Position numbers and translations under genes: made by a program
Assembly (NCBI GenBank): GCA_947452625.1
Contig: CANGEC010000001.1
Span: 1,576 to 65,575, forward strand
Source of the DNA: Burkholderiaceae bacterium
GTDB lineage: Bacteria > Pseudomonadota > Gammaproteobacteria > Burkholderiales > Burkholderiaceae
Direction: 5' to 3'
DNA: 64,000 bases
Notes under the pieces: generated by a model
The model's input: only the letters and a program-made list of their open reading frames with translations
Told to the model about the DNA's origin: nothing
Databases searched by the model: none
In this document: piece after piece, positions 9,575-19,103 of the stretch
How the letters are laid out: every line of letters starts with the position of its first letter
Position numbering within the stretch: the stretch's first letter is position 1

Positions 9575-11722
9575 TTAATTAGCTAAAGGGTTGGGACGCA
9601 TCTGTACCTTAAAGACTTTTGGATACATGTCTTTACTGCCATCACCACTATGGAATGGAGTGCGGGTACCAGTGGTTGTCCACACACCACGGCCCTTCCA
9701 ACCCGTGTTTGCATCATCAATACGTCCATCCACGTTCTTAGTAAAGAACGCCATAGGATAAGGAACATGTAAATTAATCAACTTACCATTGACGACTGCA
9801 ATCAAAGCCTCGCCGCCATTGGATGAAGCAATTGGCACATCCTTGCCCAGGCCAAGCGTGTTATACAAATCAACCCAAATATAGTAGGCGCCATCGGCAC
9901 TACCTTTAGGATCCATGCCTTTAAATTGAGGGCCAGGCAGACGATATAAAGTCCAACCTTCCTGGCACTGTTTGCCCTCAGCAGTACTTGGTCCATTCAA
10001 TGGGCCCTTACATTTACTGCGATCAAAACTGGCGATGTGACCACTGGAAAGCACGGTCCAAACAACCCCCTTAGAATCCACATCCAAACCTCTTGGACCG
10101 AAAGTACCTTCTGGTGGTTGATAAATCTCAGCTAAAGCGGTGTTGCTAGGATCCGAACCAGGATTTAAACGAATCAAATATCCCGGCTGATCAATTCTGG
10201 AAAAACCAACGTCCATCGCTTGACCCCAAATGGCGTCATCTACCGGACTTGGTTGCACACCATAAAATGCCGCCATGATGCGCTTATCTTTATTCGGATC
10301 TAAAGGCTGATTAGCCTCCACCCAAGCATCGCGCTTGCCGTTACCATTGGTATCAACAATTAAAGGTGTCCAACCTTGAGACGCTTTTTCATCACGAGTT
10401 TCAAGATATTTTTTCGTATTGAGCCAACCAACCACACCACTATTAGGAGGACCGGCACTGGTCCACAAAGTATTGTTAGCGTCATGCGCAAAATACACAT
10501 GATGGCTGCTAAAGCAGGTATTAATTAAGGCCCACTCTTTAGTCTTTGGGTCATACATGCTTAGCTGACGCAAAGAATCATTTAAAGGAACAACTTTTGC
10601 AGAAGGATGATCAGAACCTGCCTTACAAAAATCGGGGTTTGGTACCGGGCGAATGCGCGCAGCAAACCACATTCTGCCTACCTCATCCATGATGTGATTA
10701 TGAATACTGCTTTGACCATCCCAGATAGGCTCATCACCCCAATACGCTGAGGGTCCTCGTGGCGCGCTGGTTGATGAAGGCGTCTTAGGATCTAACACTG
10801 GCATCCGTACAGATGACGCAACGTGATTTACCGGGTCAAGCGTTGGCACTAAATTAGTACTCTCTTCAGGCGCACCCCAAATCAAACCATTGGCATTAAC
10901 AGTTGGATTGCGCTTATCAGTAGACATCGCATCGTGCATATAGTACTTAGGATCAGACCAATCCCACATGCTGTAGACCGCATTTCGTTCAATTCCTTTA
11001 GGGCGCTCTGGCTTAGCAAAAGGCAACTCGCCTTTGGCAATGCGATCAGTCCAATCAGCGTATAAAGAAAGGCCTTTATCAGGACCAAGGCGACCAAGCA
11101 CTAAAGCCATATAACCCATTGCCTGACCCGCTTGGGTACGATGCGCCCAAGCCGCAAAAGAATCGCCATTACCCATCTTGGTAAAAAATTCTGGGACCTG
11201 GCGAATGCCCTTAGAGCCTAAGGCATGACAAGACTGGCAGCCATTCTTAACGGTATCAACCCAGTAATGCTGCTGCTTCATAAAGGTTGGAATGCCATTA
11301 CCCTTTTCCCCAGTACCAGGAAATTCACTTGCCTTTGGAATCTCTAGCATCGAATACCAATACATCCCGGGGTAATACTCTGCAGCCGCTTTTGCATTTG
11401 GTGCGACTACTGCCTTGAGATTTAATGATGAACCAGGCTTTGCCATGACCTTGGCTGAATCCACCAAACCATAGCCTCGCACCCACACCTGGTAGTTCGC
11501 ACTAGGAAGCTCAGGAATTAAAAACCGGCCTTGATCATCCGTGACAACAATTTTTGTAAATTTAGTTGGCAAATCGGTCGTCTCGGCAATGACCCAAACT
11601 CCAGCTTCAGATCCTTTGCTACTTTTGACTACCCCAGAGATATCCGAGGCTGCGAACGCGTATAACGAGCTTGCGGCATAGCAAATAGCCACAAGCACCA
11701 AACGCATGTATGAATGGCGCAT
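9575..11722 (-). CDS. Exported protein: carboxypeptidase-regulatory-like Ig domain + CxxCH + His-rich probable beta-propeller
   Basis: Start MRHSY at 11722 with GGAG RBS; signal peptide; VVTDDQGRFLIPELPSANYQVWVRGYGL; CQSCH at 11225-11239; blade-like GRMWFAA, NTLWTS, GVVWTV. Confidence 0.8.
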   Translation of the reverse strand: MRHSYMRLVLVAICYAASSLYAFAASDISGVVKSSKGSEAGVWVIAETTDLPTKFTKIVVTDDQGRFLIPELPSANYQVWVRGYGLVDSAKVMAKPGSSLNLKAVVAPNAKAAAEYYPGMYWYSMLEIPKASEFPGTGEKGNGIPTFMKQQHYWVDTVKNGCQSCHALGSKGIRQVPEFFTKMGNGDSFAAWAHRTQAGQAMGYMALVLGRLGPDKGLSLYADWTDRIAKGELPFAKPERPKGIERNAVYSMWDWSDPKYYMHDAMSTDKRNPTVNANGLIWGAPEESTNLVPTLDPVNHVASSVRMPVLDPKTPSSTSAPRGPSAYWGDEPIWDGQSSIHNHIMDEVGRMWFAARIRPVPNPDFCKAGSDHPSAKVVPLNDSLRQLSMYDPKTKEWALINTCFSSHHVYFAHDANNTLWTSAGPPNSGVVGWLNTKKYLETRDEKASQGWTPLIVDTNGNGKRDAWVEANQPLDPNKDKRIMAAFYGVQPSPVDDAIWGQAMDVGFSRIDQPGYLIRLNPGSDPSNTALAEIYQPPEGTFGPRGLDVDSKGVVWTVLSSGHIASFDRSKCKGPLNGPSTAEGKQCQEGWTLYRLPGPQFKGMDPKGSADGAYYIWVDLYNTLGLGKDVPIASSNGGEALIAVVNGKLINLHVPYPMAFFTKNVDGRIDDANTGWKGRGVWTTTGTRTPFHSGDGSKDMYPKVFKVQMRPNPLAN

Positions 11723-11843
11723 TTTGTCTCCTGATTTTATGTAACTTCTTTTTATAGTGAAAATAATATACCCCACGCTTTACAGCAAACAAAGATTCAC
11801 AACCTAGGGTTTACGCTTGTTTTTTAAAGATATTGAAATCCCG

Positions 11844-11870
11844 AAAATAAAAAACCGCCCGAAGGCGGTC
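11844..11870 (-). terminator. Rho-independent terminator after GlcG-like gene
   Basis: Minus strand ACCGCC-TTCG-GGCGGT followed by T-run. Confidence 0.8.
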
Positions 11871-11892
11871 TGAGCAAATGAATCACTCAACC

Positions 11893-12399
11893 TCACTTGA
11901 GTGCGGCAGCCCCGGCAAGCGCAGTTTGGCCGTCTTGATCTCCGCTACCACCAGAGATTCCTACCGCACCTACTAACTTACCATTTTCAATAATGGGTAT
12001 TCCGCCATCAATCGGAATGGCGCCGGTTAAGCGCAGCAAACGCAAACCTTCGCCACCGCCGGCGACAGCATCTTGAAATAATTTGGTAGACCTCCGAAAC
12101 AAAGCAGCCGTTTTGGCTTTTTCAATTGCCAAATCAACACTGCCAGTTTGGGTATCTTGCATTCTCTCGAAATAAATAAGATGACCGCCCGTATCCACGA
12201 TCGCTACCGCCATTCTCCACTTGTTTTTCTGTGCTTCAGCAATTGCACCGCCAGCCGCTTTCTTAGCACTCTCCAAACTAATCGGCGCGCCATAAGGAAC
12301 TACTGGAGGTGGCGCAAAAGAAGCTTGAGCCGCAACATTAAAACTGATGAATGTTGTAGCAGCAAATACCGCCAAGAAAATCTTGCACTTCAACTTCAT
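11893..12399 (-). CDS. GlcG/HbpS family heme-binding protein, exported
   Basis: Signal peptide; AVAIVDTGGHL, AIEKAKTA, GGIPII..GAVGISG. Confidence 0.88.
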   Translation of the reverse strand: MKLKCKIFLAVFAATTFISFNVAAQASFAPPPVVPYGAPISLESAKKAAGGAIAEAQKNKWRMAVAIVDTGGHLIYFERMQDTQTGSVDLAIEKAKTAALFRRSTKLFQDAVAGGGEGLRLLRLTGAIPIDGGIPIIENGKLVGAVGISGGSGDQDGQTALAGAAALK

Positions 12400-12446
12400 A
12401 TCTTTCTCCTAAATTAAATAATCAACGGAACATTACTACCAAGCTC

Positions 12447-12713
12447 CTACTCTTTACGACTTACTAGATAAGTGACGCCCTGGGGGCCATAGGATTCAGA
12501 GTGCAATTGATTGGGCTGCAAATGAAAAATATCGCCTACTTGATAGCGACTTGTAACACCGCCGCTTTCGATCGACATCCCCCCTTCAATAATCAACGCC
12601 ATAGGCTCAAAGGTATGGGAATGAACCCCCATAGTGCCAGCATCTTTTTTAGTAATGATGGGCGCTGGAAAATGATTTTCAGCCAAGTGGCGCAAAAATT
12701 CTTCTTGATTCAT
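12447..12713 (-). CDS. Small cupin-domain protein
   Basis: HSHTFE motif and GDIFHLQPNQLHSE; AGGAG RBS. Confidence 0.8.
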   Translation of the reverse strand: MNQEEFLRHLAENHFPAPIITKKDAGTMGVHSHTFEPMALIIEGGMSIESGGVTSRYQVGDIFHLQPNQLHSESYGPQGVTYLVSRKE

Positions 12714-12778
12714 ATTTATCTCCTATGAATAAAACAATCCACACACAATAACAGTCTTGTAGATAAAGTAAATCACTC

Positions 12779-13681
12779 TTAACGACTGCCAGAAAGTGCT
12801 TCAAGTTCGCGAATGGCCGCCACATGATCTAGCAGCCGTTGAGCCGTCTTTGCCATCGCGACATCAACCAGCTTGCCATCAACAGTAGTGCTAGCAACGC
12901 CCTTGGAGAGCGCTAAATTAAACGCCTCGATGACTCGACCGTAATACTCAATCTGCTCCTTACTAGGTGTATAGATTCTATTGGCATCTTCAATTTGGTT
13001 TGGGTGTATTACAGTGCGACCTCTAAATCCAAGGCGACGCGATAGCATCGTATCCCTTCTAAAGCCCTCTGGATCTTGCACATTTGAGAAAACACCATCC
13101 AAGGGGCAATCAAAATCTGCAGCGCGAGCCGAGACCAAGGCAAATTGACGGACAAACATCATCTCAGGACCTTCACTGGTCCATGTAGCCCCCAATGAAA
13201 CGTTCATATCGCCGTCTTCCCCACCCCCATAAATCATGGTTTGAGTTCGCGTTGCAGCCCGCATTACAGCGCGCGAATCCAACACCCCATTCGCACTCTC
13301 GATCATCACAATGATTGGGGTGGAACCGACCGGCAATCCTTTAGCAATTTCTACGCTAGTAATCAGGCGATCAACCATTGCGACATCTTCGGGAGAATCT
13401 TGCTTGGGCACAATGAAACCCGCCAAACCTTTAGCGCCTGTAAAAAACTCAATATCTTGATGAATAAACCCACTGGAGATTGCATTGATGCGCACCCAAC
13501 TTCGCCCTCCTGGCACAGTGGCAATGCACTCTTTACTCATGTCTCGAGCATTTTGCTTTTCTTCAGGCGGCACTGTATCTTCCAAATCAAAAATAAATCC
13601 ATCGGCCGGAAGCACATTCACCTTTTTTAACATCCGCTCCTGATTTGCAGGAACAAACAGCAAGCTACGCCATATTTTCAT
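12779..13681 (-). CDS. CitE/HpcH-family CoA-ester lyase
   Basis: RSLLFVPA, FDLEDTV, WVRIN, MIESANG, IHPNQI, DGKLVD. Confidence 0.9.
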   Translation of the reverse strand: MKIWRSLLFVPANQERMLKKVNVLPADGFIFDLEDTVPPEEKQNARDMSKECIATVPGGRSWVRINAISSGFIHQDIEFFTGAKGLAGFIVPKQDSPEDVAMVDRLITSVEIAKGLPVGSTPIIVMIESANGVLDSRAVMRAATRTQTMIYGGGEDGDMNVSLGATWTSEGPEMMFVRQFALVSARAADFDCPLDGVFSNVQDPEGFRRDTMLSRRLGFRGRTVIHPNQIEDANRIYTPSKEQIEYYGRVIEAFNLALSKGVASTTVDGKLVDVAMAKTAQRLLDHVAAIRELEALSGSR

Positions 13682-14886
13682 TACTGAACCTTTTGCACTA
13701 GAACAATTCCTTGGCTTTCCAATAACCGAATTTCTTCAGCCGATTTGCCAAGCTCTCTTAAAATTTCTACAGAATGCTCTCCCAGCATTGGCGCATGCCG
13801 CCTAATAATGGGGCTTCCTTCTGCCATGAGCACCGGATTTCGTACCGCCCTCATTTCACCCATCGTGGGGTGGTTCACCTTCACAGCCACCTTACGATCA
13901 ATCACATGGGGATCCTCAAATACTTCCTTGATGTTATTCATGCGCGCGCAAGGCACTCCAGCCTCCCGCAACATGCCCTCTAAACTTGCCGAATCCAAAG
14001 ACTGTATTGCCGGAATAACCAATCCAAGTAAATCCGTCTCATTTTGCTTACGCAAGACATAAGACGCAAAACGTGGGTCGCCTAACGATTCCTTGAGCCC
14101 TAAACACACCATGAGACGTTCGAATAATTGGTCATTGGGAGTGCCGATCGCTAAATACTGATGATCACTTGTTTCAAACAACTGATAAGGCGCATTAAGG
14201 CGATGACGATCACCCATCCGCTCCGGAACCTCGCCAGTAGCTAAATAGCTCGCGGTCTCCCAAGCGGCAGCCGCAATAGATGCTTCAACCAAGGACACAT
14301 CAATCGTACGGCCTCCACGATTTTGTAAAACACTAATCAAACCGCATAAAGTTGCATAGGTTGCAAACATCGCACCAAAAATATCTGCTGTTTGTATACC
14401 CGGTCGAATCGGCATTTCATCAGGACGCCCGGTAACGGACAATGTCCCTGAAAACGCCTCAATAATCAGATTCACGCCAGCGCGCTTACGATCGGGACCA
14501 GTCTGCCCAAAACCAGATACCGAGGTATACACAATTTTTGGGTTGACTCGCTTTACCTCTTCGGCACCCAAGCCCAATGACTCCAAAACGCCAGGACGGT
14601 TATTTTCCAAAAAAACATCCGCTTCTTTGGCTAACTCCAAAACAATGTCTTGCGCTTCTTTTTGTTTTAAATCGAGCACTAGACTGCGCTTGTTCCGATT
14701 TAAAGCCGCAAAACTAGCACTCTCCCCCGCGACTAAAGGCGGCATAGCTCTAGTCTGATCACCTTTTGAGGGGCGCTCAATTTTGATGACATCTGCCCCC
14801 ATGTCGCCCAGCAACATTCCACAAAAAGGGCCGGCAATAAAATTACCCAACTCCAATACCCGAATGCCCTCTAAAGGTAGTGCCAT
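13681..14886 (-). CDS. CaiB/BaiF family III CoA-transferase
   Basis: PLEGIRVLEL..IAGPF..GADVIKIE, NRNKRS, ENNRPG, SGFGQTGP; TAATG coupling with the downstream gene. Confidence 0.93.
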   Translation of the reverse strand: MALPLEGIRVLELGNFIAGPFCGMLLGDMGADVIKIERPSKGDQTRAMPPLVAGESASFAALNRNKRSLVLDLKQKEAQDIVLELAKEADVFLENNRPGVLESLGLGAEEVKRVNPKIVYTSVSGFGQTGPDRKRAGVNLIIEAFSGTLSVTGRPDEMPIRPGIQTADIFGAMFATYATLCGLISVLQNRGGRTIDVSLVEASIAAAAWETASYLATGEVPERMGDRHRLNAPYQLFETSDHQYLAIGTPNDQLFERLMVCLGLKESLGDPRFASYVLRKQNETDLLGLVIPAIQSLDSASLEGMLREAGVPCARMNNIKEVFEDPHVIDRKVAVKVNHPTMGEMRAVRNPVLMAEGSPIIRRHAPMLGEHSVEILRELGKSAEEIRLLESQGIVLVQKVQ

Positions 14887-14896
14887 ATTCAACTCT

Positions 14897-15895
14897 TTAC
14901 TTTTCACTAAAATCTATTTTGGTCGCTAGCTTTTTGTTCACTTCGATTTCATTTGCGATCACTTTGGCAAATTCTTCGGGGGTCGATCCAACCGTAACAA
15001 AACCTTGCTCATAAAAAGATTTTTTAACTTCTGGCTCACTGAGGATCTTCGCAATTTCATTGCGCAATCGATTGACATACTCGCGCGGTACTCCAGCAGG
15101 AAACCAAAAGCCATACCATGGCGCATAGACAAACCCTTTAACACCAGCCTCATCAGCAGTTGGCGTATCCGGCAGTTCAGTCCAGCGTTTATTCGCAGTA
15201 ATTGCCAAAGCTTTTATCTTGCCCGCTTTAACATAAGGCGCAATCGCTGTTCCGGGACCAATAAACACATCAATTCTGCCGGACATCAAATCGGTCAAAG
15301 CCTGACCTACGCCTTTATAAGGCACATGCACCATTTTGATTCCAGCGCTATTGTTAAAAAATTCAGTCGCAAAGTGCATCACATTGCCAATTCCACCACT
15401 CCCATAGGTGTACTTATCAGGATTTGCTTTAGCGTCAACAATAAATTCTTGTAAATTTTTTGCAGGTAAATCGGGGCGAGTAGCAATGACAAAGCCAACA
15501 CTATTCGCGACTAAAGTGATTGGCTGAAAATCCTTAATGGGGTCATACGGCAAAGCAGGAGAAACAATTGGCAAGCTGGCATGACTCGAAGAGGTATCGA
15601 GAATGGTGTAGCCATCGGGTGGAGACTTAGCAACAATGTCACTACCTAAGGCGCCACCAGCACCCGGTTTATTGTCCACAATAAAACTTTGCCCCACAAC
15701 TGGCGTCAGTCTCTGTCCCAATGTGCGTCCAATAAAATCCATTGGGCCGCCTGCAACATAAGGAATGACTATGCGAATAGGGCGATTGGGATAATCCGTT
15801 TGGGGCTTTTGTTGGGCAAACCCTTGATTAGCAAAAAAGCCTACCCCTAAGCACACTAGCCCGCAGGCAATTTGCTTAATTGATGTATTGAACAT
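14897..15895 (-). CDS. Bug/TctC substrate-binding protein
   Basis: YPNRPIRIVIPY, DNKPGAGG, PDGYT, HVPYKG. Confidence 0.93.
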   Translation of the reverse strand: MFNTSIKQIACGLVCLGVGFFANQGFAQQKPQTDYPNRPIRIVIPYVAGGPMDFIGRTLGQRLTPVVGQSFIVDNKPGAGGALGSDIVAKSPPDGYTILDTSSSHASLPIVSPALPYDPIKDFQPITLVANSVGFVIATRPDLPAKNLQEFIVDAKANPDKYTYGSGGIGNVMHFATEFFNNSAGIKMVHVPYKGVGQALTDLMSGRIDVFIGPGTAIAPYVKAGKIKALAITANKRWTELPDTPTADEAGVKGFVYAPWYGFWFPAGVPREYVNRLRNEIAKILSEPEVKKSFYEQGFVTVGSTPEEFAKVIANEIEVNKKLATKIDFSEK

Positions 15896-15913
15896 TCAGA
15901 ACCCCAATATTGG

Positions 15914-17101
15914 TTAGGAAGTTTTAATGCCGAGCACTTTTGCGGCAGTCAATCCTAAGATCATGGCCTTATCGCGATTACTCAACGGGGTTTCCATCAC
16001 ATGACCAACTGGATCCTCATTCCATGGAATAGGCTGATCAGTGCCAATCACCACCTGACTGGCGCCAACTTGAGCAACCAAATGGCGCAAGGCCTCTGGC
16101 GTAAATACCAAAGAGTCAAAGTACAGTTGATTTAAGTATTCCGTAGGCTTTTTCTTTAATTGAATATTAGGATCGCAATTACTAGGTGAGATAAAGCAAC
16201 TGTGATCAGAACGAGGCGCATAAGAAGCTAAGTAGCCCCCGCCATGAGGTGCAATGATTTTGAGCTTAGGAAACTTATCCAAGGTGCCATCAAAAATAAG
16301 ATGCTGTAATGCAATAGTAGTATCGAGCGGATTCCCAATCGTATTCGAAAGCCAGCCATTGCCTTTAAAGCGCGAAGCAAGTTGTGGCGTACTTTGAGGA
16401 TGCATGAATAATGTCGCACCTAACTCTTCCGCCTTTGCCCACACTGGATCAAACTTAGGGTCGGAAAAGTCAACCCCCAGGACATTTGCCTGAATGGCAA
16501 TACCTCGCAGGCCAGGCGTTTTCATGATCTCTTCTAGTTGCTGCACGGCTAAATCCGGAAACTGTAGTGCCACAGATCCAAAAGCAGAGAAGCGCGTTGG
16601 ATAGGCTTTGCAAAGTGCCGCGAGATTCTCATTATTAATCCGGCAAATCTCTTGAGCCACATCACGAGTTTTGTTGTACCAAAAGACGTTGCATGACAAC
16701 ACCTGCATATCGATTCCCATGGCGTCCATGGTCTCCAAACGATACTGAACTGCAGACTTATCGGTGACAGGAATGTAATGCTGTGGGCCGCCCTTCACTG
16801 CAGCATTAATTACAGCGCCGTCACCCGCCAAAGCAACCGCCTCCGGAAAGAAACAATGTGCATGAGTGTCAATAGTGAAAATCCGCTTGCCATCAATAAT
16901 GACCGGCTTACGCTTGGTGCCCATCAATGGATGGCGATGCGATAAGCTAGGATCATTACCCGCGTCCTTAGTTCGGGCGACGAGTTGTTTCTTCTCCTCA
17001 GAAACTGGATATTGTGCTAAAGCCTCATCTAGCAAACTACAAGAGCAAAAGGTAATACCGGAAAAAAAGGCATTCTTCAAAAAGCCACGGCGTGATGTCA
17101 T
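15914..17101 (-). CDS. Amidohydrolase_2 (ACMSD-like) protein with Tat signal
   Basis: Start MTSRRGFLK with GAGGAG RBS; IDTHAH, FMHP, HGGG, GTDQP. Confidence 0.88.
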   Translation of the reverse strand: MTSRRGFLKNAFFSGITFCSCSLLDEALAQYPVSEEKKQLVARTKDAGNDPSLSHRHPLMGTKRKPVIIDGKRIFTIDTHAHCFFPEAVALAGDGAVINAAVKGGPQHYIPVTDKSAVQYRLETMDAMGIDMQVLSCNVFWYNKTRDVAQEICRINNENLAALCKAYPTRFSAFGSVALQFPDLAVQQLEEIMKTPGLRGIAIQANVLGVDFSDPKFDPVWAKAEELGATLFMHPQSTPQLASRFKGNGWLSNTIGNPLDTTIALQHLIFDGTLDKFPKLKIIAPHGGGYLASYAPRSDHSCFISPSNCDPNIQLKKKPTEYLNQLYFDSLVFTPEALRHLVAQVGASQVVIGTDQPIPWNEDPVGHVMETPLSNRDKAMILGLTAAKVLGIKTS

Positions 17102-17304
17102 AGCTGTCTCCTCATTTATATTATTTATAGGCAATGCGAAATCTTATCCATCCTAATCCATAAATCCAAAATCCTCAATCCGCATAACAACGGTATTGGG
17201 GCGCAATAAAACCGGATAAAGCAAACCTAGCAGGCTTCTCGCCAGGCCTAGCGCTTTTCTATAGAATGAAAAATTCAAACCCATTCTTATCCGTGAATCG
17301 CCCC

Positions 17305-18051
17305 ATGAAAAAAACCATTCTCATTACCGGTGCCAGTAGAGGCATTGGCGCCCAAATTGCCCTCTTGGCAGCGCAACAAGGATATCGTGTGGGCTTAAAT
17401 TACCTGCGCAATACAGAAGCAGTTAATGCACTTGTAAAAACGATCACTGATGGTGGGGGCGAAGCAATCGCACTTCAAGCCGATGTTGGCAACTCAGCTG
17501 CAGTCAAAAATATGTTCGAACGCCTAGATAAGCAATGGGGCAAGATCGATGTCTTGGTGAATAATGCCGGCTTGCTCACTAATTTCAGGGTTGAGGATGT
17601 TGATGAATTCAAGATCGAGGAAGTATTCCGGGCAAATGTCTATAGCACTTACTTCTGCTCACGTGAAGCCATCTTAAGAATGTCACAACGCCATGGTGGG
17701 CATGGTGGCAGCATTATCAATATCTCTTCAGTGGCTGCTAGATTGGGTGGACTGGGGGGTGGATCAGCTTATGCCGCATCTAAGGGCGCTATTGATTCAT
17801 TTAACTTAGCACTCGCCAAGGAAGTAGGTGCGGAAGGCATTAGAGTGAATGCCATTCGACCCGGCTTAATTCGGACGACGATCCATGAGGCACAAGGAGG
17901 CCTTGAGCACATTGAACAAGTTGCCAAATCGGTAGTGCCCCTGGGCAGAATGGGTGCCCCTAGTGAAGTCGCTCAAGTCGCTCTATGGCTTGCTTCAGAT
18001 GCCGCCTCTTATGTCCATGGCACGACGATTGATGTAGCCGGGGGTCGTTAA
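17305..18051 (+). CDS. Short-chain dehydrogenase/reductase
   Basis: TGASRGIG, NNAG, YAASK, PLGRMG; start taken at MKKTIL. Confidence 0.93.
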   Translation: MKKTILITGASRGIGAQIALLAAQQGYRVGLNYLRNTEAVNALVKTITDGGGEAIALQADVGNSAAVKNMFERLDKQWGKIDVLVNNAGLLTNFRVEDVDEFKIEEVFRANVYSTYFCSREAILRMSQRHGGHGGSIINISSVAARLGGLGGGSAYAASKGAIDSFNLALAKEVGAEGIRVNAIRPGLIRTTIHEAQGGLEHIEQVAKSVVPLGRMGAPSEVAQVALWLASDAASYVHGTTIDVAGGR

Positions 18052-18060
18052 GCTCAGCTG

Positions 18061-19095
18061 TTACTGAATATCTTTGACTGTAGAAAATAAATTGCTGATT
18101 GCTTGTGCCGAGAGATTTCTGGTAATAAACACAATTCGAGAATCATGATTTTCGCTAGGCCAGGCTTCCAAAGTCACAGGGTTATGAAAAATATGTTGCA
18201 CACCCTGGATCACCATAGGTTTACCCTCTACATTCACGATCCCTTTGACGCGCAGTAAATCAGGCCCTCGCAATGACACCAACAAATCGAGTGCCGATGA
18301 AAATGCTTGCCACGTAAAGGGCTCTTTAAAAGAAATAGATGCGGTTTTAATATGAGGATGTTTTTTGAGTAAGCTACCCAAATAAGGAGCCTCACCCTCT
18401 TCATCTTTTTCTAGAATGCTATTTAAAAAGGTCAGAGAGCGTAGATCTAATTTTGTAGAACCTAAGCCCAAATTGATTAATTGATTAGGCTCGATTTGAC
18501 CATTAATGACTCTCTCAATTTTCGCATCTGGATTAATGCTGTGAAGCTCTGCTTGAAGCTGCGCAATGGACGCCTCATCAGTCAAGTCAGTTTTAGTCAG
18601 CAGGATTTGATCAGCTAAAGCGATTTGTTGGAGAGCCTCTGGAATATCACTTAATTGATTTTGCGCATTAACTGCATCAACCAATGTCACCACGCCATCT
18701 AGACGAAAACGCGCCTCTAATAAGGTATCACTGGTTAAAGTCTGTAATAAAGGTGCGGGGTCAGCCAAACCAGTAGTTTCAATAATGACCCGATCAAAAT
18801 CAAAAACTTCACCGACCTGGCGCCGTGCAAAAAGATCTCTTAAGGTCTCCTGAATATCAGTGCGTACCGAGCAGCAAATACAACCATTCGCTAACAGGGT
18901 GACGTTTTCTGAAGAAACCGTGATGAGATCGTGATCTATCCCAATCTCACCCAGCTCATTAATCACCAGCGCAACCTTATTCATTTGCGGATGCGGCAGC
19001 AATTTGGATATCAATGTTGTCTTGCCACTCCCCAGAAATCCGGTAATGATGGTTACCGGAATCTTTCCAGCTAAAGAGTTTCTAAATACACTCAC
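18061..19095 (-). CDS. COG0523/CobW-family G3E GTPase metallochaperone
   Basis: GFLGSGKTT, GCICC, ETTGLADP, TKTDL, CobW_C LRVKG..VIQGVQ. Confidence 0.93.
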   Translation of the reverse strand: MSVFRNSLAGKIPVTIITGFLGSGKTTLISKLLPHPQMNKVALVINELGEIGIDHDLITVSSENVTLLANGCICCSVRTDIQETLRDLFARRQVGEVFDFDRVIIETTGLADPAPLLQTLTSDTLLEARFRLDGVVTLVDAVNAQNQLSDIPEALQQIALADQILLTKTDLTDEASIAQLQAELHSINPDAKIERVINGQIEPNQLINLGLGSTKLDLRSLTFLNSILEKDEEGEAPYLGSLLKKHPHIKTASISFKEPFTWQAFSSALDLLVSLRGPDLLRVKGIVNVEGKPMVIQGVQHIFHNPVTLEAWPSENHDSRIVFITRNLSAQAISNLFSTVKDIQ

Positions 19096-19103
19096 TCCAA
19101 AAC

